Of a DNA stretch of 64,000 nt, positions 58,063-64,000 are shown piece by piece. The notes beneath the pieces were generated by a model. The model was not told the DNA's origin. It ran no database searches and saw only the letters and a list, made by a program, of their open reading frames with translations. The DNA comes from Alphaproteobacteria bacterium (GTDB lineage: Bacteria; Pseudomonadota; Alphaproteobacteria; SP197): contig OZ219747.1 of the NCBI GenBank assembly GCA_964291265.2, positions 1,088,001 through 1,152,000 of the forward strand, written 5' to 3'. Each line of letters starts with the position of its first letter. Position 1 is the first letter of the stretch. Position numbers and translations under genes: made by a program.

Positions 58063-59342
58063 CCAGCTGGTCTCGTCGCCGTGGCGCACCGTCAGCCGGT
58101 TCTGATGATCGAGGATGGCCTGAGCGAGAGGCGCGAACATCGGCGTCATCTTCTTCATGCCGCCAGCGATCGTTCCCGGCGCCATCGGCAGTCCCTGGTC
58201 TTCCAGCCATCGCGAGACCCGGCGCAGGGGACGCAAGCAGGCGAAGCGCTCATAGAGCACGCATTCCCAGACACTGATGCCGAAGGGGGTATTCGCAAGC
58301 AAGCGCAAAGGTGGCGGCGCGATGATCTCCGCAGGCGCCGACGAACACTGACAACCACGGCGCCAACGCCCACGTTCAATCCGCCGGATATGAGCCTTGA
58401 CATGGACCTCCATGATCGAGGTCTCGTGGCTGCCGTTGGCCACATAGGGCTCGCCGCAACACGGGCACGTGCGCTGCGATGCCGGTGGATCATGGCGTTC
58501 GTGCTTCTCCTTGAGCTTCGGACGCGGAGTGCGCCCGTGGCCGCTCTTGCCGGGTTGCTGACCCCGCTTGTTCCCTGTGCCTTCCTTCTTCTTCCGCTTC
58601 TCGCTCTTCGACCCGAAGCGCGCCGTCGCGTGCTTGGCACGCGTCCCGCGGAGATTCCTCAGCTCGCTCGCCTGTTCAGCGTTCTTGAGCTTCAGAGCGT
58701 CCCTTTCCTGCTCCAGCGCCTCCGCTCGGGCCTGTCCACGCTTCACCTCCCGGCGAGCCTCCTTGAGCTGATCACGAGTGCGGTCGAGATGAAACTTGAA
58801 TGTGCCCGCACGGGCACGGGCAGAATTCTTCGCACGGCGCAGGTCACGCATACGCGCTTCCGCCGCATCCGCACGAACCCGCTCCGCCTCATAGAGCGCA
58901 CGCCAGTCAGGCGCCTCGCATGACAAGGCCACTGACGCCCGACATAGGCCGTCACCACCTCCCGTCAGCTGCTGTGTCGCTCCGCGCGTCTCGGCAAAAG
59001 TCTTCATGGCCTCGACCATAATCGAGACCAAACGAGTTTACCAGCTCTTTCTCAGACGATAGTCAGCAAGACCCAAACCAACCAAAATCAGCCATCACCG
59101 AACGGCCGAACGCTTACAGGCCTCCCATGATGATGAGCATGGGCATCTGGGCGCCAAGCAAGGCGTTGCCCGCGAACAGCGCCACGAGATTGCGTATGAT
59201 GGTGCGCCGTCCGGGGGCGTTCCCGGGTGACGAAGGGGAATCTCTGTTCATGACGGAACTGTCCAGATATCCGGTGTCCGGGACAGACTATCTCGCCGTC
59301 GCCGCGCCCGATACCGGCGCTCCGGCCCGGTGCTGCTGACGC

Positions 59343-60581
59343 GTGCCCGGTCACGTCGCCTTCGTGTTGAAGGGCTGGCCCCGCCTCTCCGAGACCTTCA
59401 TCGCTCAGGAGATCCTGGCCCTGGAGCAGCGCGGGCTCAAGATCCGCATCGTCTCCCTGCGCCGTCCGACGACGGGGGACCGCCATGCGATCCACGATGC
59501 CGTGCGGGCGCCGGTCACCTGGCTTCCGGAGTACCTTCGCGAGGAGCCCGGGCGAACCTGGCGGGCCTGGCGGAGAGCCCGGAAACTGCCCGGCTACGCC
59601 TCGGCGAGGTGGCACTGGCTTGCCGATCTCCGGCGGGACCCGACCCGCAACCGGGTGCGGCGCTTCGGTCAGGCCTGTGTGGTCGCCACGGAGGTCGTGC
59701 CTGTCGTGGACCATCTTCATGCCCATTTTCTCCACACTCCGGCATCCGTCACCCGCTACGCGGCCATGATGACCGGGCTCGCCTGGTCTGCGTCGGCCCA
59801 CGCGAAGGACATCTACACCACACCTCGCCGCGATCTCGCGGACAAGATCTCCGACTGCCGCTGGCTTGTGACCTGTACGGCAACGAACCGTGACTGGCTC
59901 GAGTCGCTGGTTCCGGGGCGACGTGTCTCGCTCGCCTATCATGGGATCGATCAGACGCGGTGGCCGTCACCGGATCGCCTCCCGTCGCACCGTGACGGCA
60001 GAAACCCGGATGATCCCGTGCGCCTTGTCACGGTGGGACGGGCCGTCGAGAAGAAGGGCCATGCCACGCTCCTTGCCGCACTGGCCCTGCTGCCTGACGA
60101 TCTCCACTGGCACCTCACCCATGCCGGTGAAGGACCGCTGCTCCCGTCCCTCGTCGAAACGGCCGCCCGGTCAGGTCTGGACAGGCGAGTCACATGGCTT
60201 GGCGCCAGGCGCCAGGACGAGATCCTGGACGTTCTCCAGGACAGCGATCTTTTTGTCCTGGTGCCTGTCATCGCCCGTGACGGGGATCGTGACGGACTTC
60301 CCAACGTCCTCCTTGAAGCGCAGAGTCAGGCCCTGGCTGTGGTCACAACGGACGTCTCGGCGGTCGGTGAACTGGTGAGCGACGGTGTCAACGGCTGCCT
60401 GGTTCCCCCGGGCGATGCTTCGGCACTGGCCTCAAGGCTGTGCCATCTTGTCCGCAATCCGCAACTGCGCGATCGCATGGGACGCGCCGGGGAGAGTCGC
60501 GTGAGAACGGATTTTTCCATGGACCGTGGCATTGACAGGCTTGTCGATCTCTTCGCGTCGAGCGGGGTCGCATGCGAGTAG
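59343..60581 (+). CDS. Glycosyltransferase family 4
   Basis: KGWPRLSETFI, HAHFLHTP, GRAVEKKG, DRDGLPNVL.EA. Confidence 0.88.
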   Translation: MPGHVAFVLKGWPRLSETFIAQEILALEQRGLKIRIVSLRRPTTGDRHAIHDAVRAPVTWLPEYLREEPGRTWRAWRRARKLPGYASARWHWLADLRRDPTRNRVRRFGQACVVATEVVPVVDHLHAHFLHTPASVTRYAAMMTGLAWSASAHAKDIYTTPRRDLADKISDCRWLVTCTATNRDWLESLVPGRRVSLAYHGIDQTRWPSPDRLPSHRDGRNPDDPVRLVTVGRAVEKKGHATLLAALALLPDDLHWHLTHAGEGPLLPSLVETAARSGLDRRVTWLGARRQDEILDVLQDSDLFVLVPVIARDGDRDGLPNVLLEAQSQALAVVTTDVSAVGELVSDGVNGCLVPPGDASALASRLCHLVRNPQLRDRMGRAGESRVRTDFSMDRGIDRLVDLFASSGVACE

Positions 60582-61675
60582 CCTTCTACGCGCCCATGAA
60601 GGCGCCGGACCACGTGCGGCCCTCAGGCGATCGAACGATGGCGCGCCAGTTCCTGCGCCTTCTCGATGAACTTGGACACGACGTGGAGATCGCCTCGGCG
60701 CTGCGCACGTGGGAGGCCGGCGACGAGGAACGCCAGGCGGCGATCCTGGAGGCATCGATCCGGGAAAGGGAGTGCCTTCTCATCCGCTGGCAGGAGCATC
60801 CGCCTCAGGCCTGGTTTACCTATCATCTCTACCACAAGGCGCCTGATCATCTCGGACCGGCCATCGCCGATGTCCTCGACATTCCCTATGTCGTAGCCGA
60901 ACCGTCGATATCCCCTGCCCAGGCCAACGGCCGCTGGCGGCGCCCCTGGGCTCATGCCCGGGCGGCCATCGAGCGCGCCGATGCCCTGCTCGCCATGACG
61001 CTCAAGGACGAAAGGGGCCTCCTTGCCGCCGGTCTGCCGCGCCGGAAGATCGTGCGTCTGCCCCCCTTCATCGACGCCACGTTGGTGTCCACCGGGAGGG
61101 AGGAAGCACGCCTCGCCCTTGTCCGGGACCTCGGTCTCGACGGGGACCGCGTCATCGCCGTCACCGTGGCCATGATGCGCCCCGGCGACAAGCTCGAATC
61201 CTACCGGATGCTGGCCCGGACCCTCTCCAAGCTGGATCGCGAGGACATGCAGCTGCTCGTCATCGGCGACGGCCCGTCCCGGAGCGAGGTCGAACACCTC
61301 CTGGCCGGACGCGCCGTCCTCGCCGGGGTCCTCGACGAGAAGTCGATCCGCGGGATCATGGCCGGATGCGACCTCTTCGTGTGGCCCGCCATCAACGAGG
61401 CCTACGGCATGGCGATCCTGCTGGCCCAGGCCTGCGGATGCCCGGTGGCTGCCGGTGACGCGCCGGGGGTGGGCGAGATCGTCGACCATGGCTGCACCGG
61501 TCTCCTGGCGCCGTCAGGTGATGCGGCATTGCTGGCGCTTGCTGTTTCCCGCCTGCTCGACGATCCCGTTCTGCGCCGCTCCATGGGTGATGCCGGGCGC
61601 CGCCATGTCTTTCGGCACCATTCCTGCGATGCCGCCCGGCGGGTTCTCGCCGGGGCGCTGGAGATGCTGTGGTGA
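60572..61675 (+). CDS. Glycosyltransferase family 4
   Basis: FYAPMK.PDH..PSGDR, EAYGMA.L.AQA. Confidence 0.85.
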   Translation: MRVAFYAPMKAPDHVRPSGDRTMARQFLRLLDELGHDVEIASALRTWEAGDEERQAAILEASIRERECLLIRWQEHPPQAWFTYHLYHKAPDHLGPAIADVLDIPYVVAEPSISPAQANGRWRRPWAHARAAIERADALLAMTLKDERGLLAAGLPRRKIVRLPPFIDATLVSTGREEARLALVRDLGLDGDRVIAVTVAMMRPGDKLESYRMLARTLSKLDREDMQLLVIGDGPSRSEVEHLLAGRAVLAGVLDEKSIRGIMAGCDLFVWPAINEAYGMAILLAQACGCPVAAGDAPGVGEIVDHGCTGLLAPSGDAALLALAVSRLLDDPVLRRSMGDAGRRHVFRHHSCDAARRVLAGALEMLW

Positions 61676-62262
61676 GGCTCGCTCTCCTGAGACACGCGCC
61701 GACAGCGTGGAACGAGGCGGGCCGGATCCAGGGGTTGAGCGACATTCACCTCTCGAGGACCGGCAGGGCCGCGGCCAGAGCCTGGCGCCTGCCGGACCGT
61801 CTCTATGGCTGGCGGCGGCTTTCGAGTCCCATGCCGAGAGCGCTGGAAACCGCCGCGCTGGCGGGTTTTCGAGACCCGGACATCGACCCGCGACTGCGCG
61901 AAATGGACTGGGGGAACTGGGAAGGCGAGACACTCGACAGTCTGCGCCATGCCGATCCATCGGCCATGGCCACAAACGAGGCAGCGGGTCTCGACTTCCG
62001 TCCGCCTGGCGGCGAAAGCCCTCGGGAGGTCCGCGACCGACTCCTCGACCTTGTCCGGGATCTGGCGGCTGATGGCCGCAACACCGTCGCCGTGACGCAC
62101 CGTGGTGTCATGCGCGCTGCTCTCTCGGCGGCCACGAGCTGGGACTTCTCCGGCGCGCCGCCCGTCAGGATGCCGCGCTATGGACTGCTGATGCTCATCG
62201 TGGACGTTCATGCGGCGCTGTCTCTCGCCGATCCTCCTGTCATCGCGACAGGAGGCGCATGA
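61669..62262 (+). CDS. Histidine phosphatase family protein
   Basis: LLRHA.T.WN...R.QG, EMDWG.WEG, VTH.G. Confidence 0.88.
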   Translation: MVRLALLRHAPTAWNEAGRIQGLSDIHLSRTGRAAARAWRLPDRLYGWRRLSSPMPRALETAALAGFRDPDIDPRLREMDWGNWEGETLDSLRHADPSAMATNEAAGLDFRPPGGESPREVRDRLLDLVRDLAADGRNTVAVTHRGVMRAALSAATSWDFSGAPPVRMPRYGLLMLIVDVHAALSLADPPVIATGGA

Positions 62263-63392
62263 TGAAGGGGCCGGTGCTCTTCTGGGTTCAGCATCTTCTT
62301 GGAAGCGGTCATCTCAAGCGTGTGGCGCGCATCGCGTCGGTCCTGGCCGAGAGCGGAACGGTCTCGGTGATCGCGTCGGGAGGCATGCCTGTGGCGGCTC
62401 TCGATACAGGAAGGGCCTGTCTTGTCCAGTTGCCTGCGATCCGTGCAGGTGATGAGGGGTTCTCGACGCTGGTTGACGGCGCCGGGCGGCGGGTGGATGC
62501 GGCCTGTCTCGATGAGCGCCGCCGCTGTCTCGAAGACCTGGCCCGCCGTCTGGAAGCGCGTCTTGTCGTGACCGAGACCTGGCCGTTTGGCCGTCGCGCG
62601 TTCACACGGGAAGTGCTGGCCCTCATTGATGCCGCCCGTCGGGTTCGCCCCGACACGGTGGTGGTGAGTTCGGTGCGGGACATTCTTCAGCGCCCGTCAA
62701 GTCCCGATCGCCACGACACCATGCGTGACCTGGCGCTGCGGCACTGCCATCACGTGATGGTTCACGGAGTCGAGAGCTTCGTGCCGTTCGGGGAGACATT
62801 CCTCCGCGCCGGTGCGCTGAGCCACCGGCTTGTCTACACGGGATACGTTGCCGACGTGCCGCCGATCGTCAACGAACGCGGTCCCGGTGAGGGGGAAATC
62901 GTGGTGTCTGCCGGCGGCGGGGCGGTCGGAAGAAAGCTCTTCGATGCAGCCATGGCGGCGCCACCCCATTCGAGGCGGGCGTGCGGGAAACGATGGCGTC
63001 TGCTCGTCGGCGACAGCGGCGTTGCTCCATGCGAGCGCCATGACATGGTCACCGAAGCCAACCGTCCCGACTTTCCCGAACTTCTCCGCCGCTGTGCCGT
63101 TTCGGTGTCGCAGGGTGGCTACAACACGGTGGCGGAACTCCTTGGCGCCCGCGCCCGGGCCGTCGTGGCGCCATGGGCCGGAGCCGGTGAAACCGAACAG
63201 CGGGATCGCGCGAAGCACCTGCAGCGCCGCCGTCTGGCCGTGGTTCTCGATGTCGCGGGGCTCACACCCCAAGGCATTGCCAGGGCCGTCGATGAGGCCT
63301 TCGACCTCCCGCCCGGCGACATCGACGACATCAGCCTCGACGGCGCTTGCGAGAGTGCCAGGCTCATCGACGAGTGGCTGCGTCATGGCTGA
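62259..63392 (+). CDS. Glycosyltransferase (GT28 C-terminal-like)
   Basis: VQHLLG.GHL.R, PFGRR, SAGGGAVG, SQGGYNT. Confidence 0.85.
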   Translation: MMKGPVLFWVQHLLGSGHLKRVARIASVLAESGTVSVIASGGMPVAALDTGRACLVQLPAIRAGDEGFSTLVDGAGRRVDAACLDERRRCLEDLARRLEARLVVTETWPFGRRAFTREVLALIDAARRVRPDTVVVSSVRDILQRPSSPDRHDTMRDLALRHCHHVMVHGVESFVPFGETFLRAGALSHRLVYTGYVADVPPIVNERGPGEGEIVVSAGGGAVGRKLFDAAMAAPPHSRRACGKRWRLLVGDSGVAPCERHDMVTEANRPDFPELLRRCAVSVSQGGYNTVAELLGARARAVVAPWAGAGETEQRDRAKHLQRRRLAVVLDVAGLTPQGIARAVDEAFDLPPGDIDDISLDGACESARLIDEWLRHG

Positions 63393-64000
63393 CTGGAGGG
63401 CGCTGACACGGGAACTCGACACGTGGGCGCGATCGGGACAAGCGGCGACTTTCTGGTGGCGTGATGACGATGCCGGCGCCGATGCCGCGAGACTGGAAGG
63501 GCTTCTTCGTCTGCGGCAGGGTCTGGGAGTCCCTCTCGCCCTGGCTGTGGTGCCGGACTGGCTGATGCCGGACGTCACGGCGCTCATCGCCGGGGCGGAC
63601 GACATCCATGTGTTGCAGCACGGCGTTGCCCATGCCGACCACAGCGCCGGCAGGGGGCGCAGAATGGAACTCGGCGCCGGGGCCCTGGCTTCCGGTCTCG
63701 AGCAAGCCCTGATACGGTCGTGCGGCGTGCTGCGCACGACCTTCCCGTCGTCTGTGATCGAGGTCATGGTGCCCCCGTGGAACAGGATCGATGAGGTTGT
63801 TCTCTCCGTCCTTGCCGGGAGCGGTTTCCTTGGACTGTCGACACTCGGTCCACGGTGCGCGGCGCGTCGGCACGGTCTCGTCGTCAACAACGTTCACATC
63901 GATATCATCGACTGGAAAGCCGGAAGGAACTTTGCCGGTGTCGAGTGCTGCCTGGAGGCGTCTCTGCGACATCTCGAGAACCGCCGTCACGGTGTCGTTG
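63385..64000 (+). CDS. Polysaccharide deacetylase-like protein, partial
   Basis: Manual translation MADWRAL..ELD.W...FWWRDDDA...LAVVP...QHG.AH...VPPWNRI; runs off right edge. Confidence 0.75.
   Translation, partial: MADWRALTRELDTWARSGQAATFWWRDDDAGADAARLEGLLRLRQGLGVPLALAVVPDWLMPDVTALIAGADDIHVLQHGVAHADHSAGRGRRMELGAGALASGLEQALIRSCGVLRTTFPSSVIEVMVPPWNRIDEVVLSVLAGSGFLGLSTLGPRCAARRHGLVVNNVHIDIIDWKAGRNFAGVECCLEASLRHLENRRHGVV

Larger units (their letters stand above)
55315..59031 (-). pseudogene. IS66 transposase split by intron (59031-58063 and 56143-55315)
   Basis: FG.KSEK, CPCCG, HGDETSW | AWLW, CDRY..Y, CWAH.RRD, MDNN.AERALR. Confidence 0.9.
54975..59117 (-). mobile_element. IS66-family element (single transposase, no accessory ORFs seen) carrying a group II intron
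   Basis: TIRs GTAAGCGTTCGGCC at both ends; 8-bp target duplication AGGCCTCC at 54967-54974 and 59118-59125. Confidence 0.93.
53886..59251 (-). pseudogene. MFS transporter interrupted by IS66
   Basis: N-part (59251-59118) MNRDS...NLVALFAGNALLGAQMPMLIIMGGL rejoins in frame with AGAYAAPVPSLATF... once the IS and one target copy are removed. Confidence 0.9.

Overview
GC-rich bacterial DNA, most likely a marine alphaproteobacterium and possibly host-associated (inference from dmdA, sauST and many gene remnants). Left to right: an IS4-type element with a DUF4338-fused transposase running off the left edge; a compact type IVb pilus-like module (PilN secretin, PilO-like, Cys-repeat adhesin, lipoprotein); organosulfur and methylated-amine catabolism genes (TauE, acyl-CoA ligase, DMFase-like, SauT/SauS, malonyl-CoA decarboxylase, two FAD amine oxidoreductases, DmdA), including a CxxU selenoprotein missing from the ORF track; a membrane pseudo-histidine kinase coupled to an OLD-like ATPase; a rearranged N-methylglutamate/glutamate-synthase-like operon with an Amt transporter; TPP riboswitch-thiBPQ; cystathionine beta-synthase; and a glycosyltransferase/ABC/cNMP locus containing an MFS gene broken by an IS66, which is itself broken by a group II intron. 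All protein calls come from motif recognition by eye; no database searches were run.
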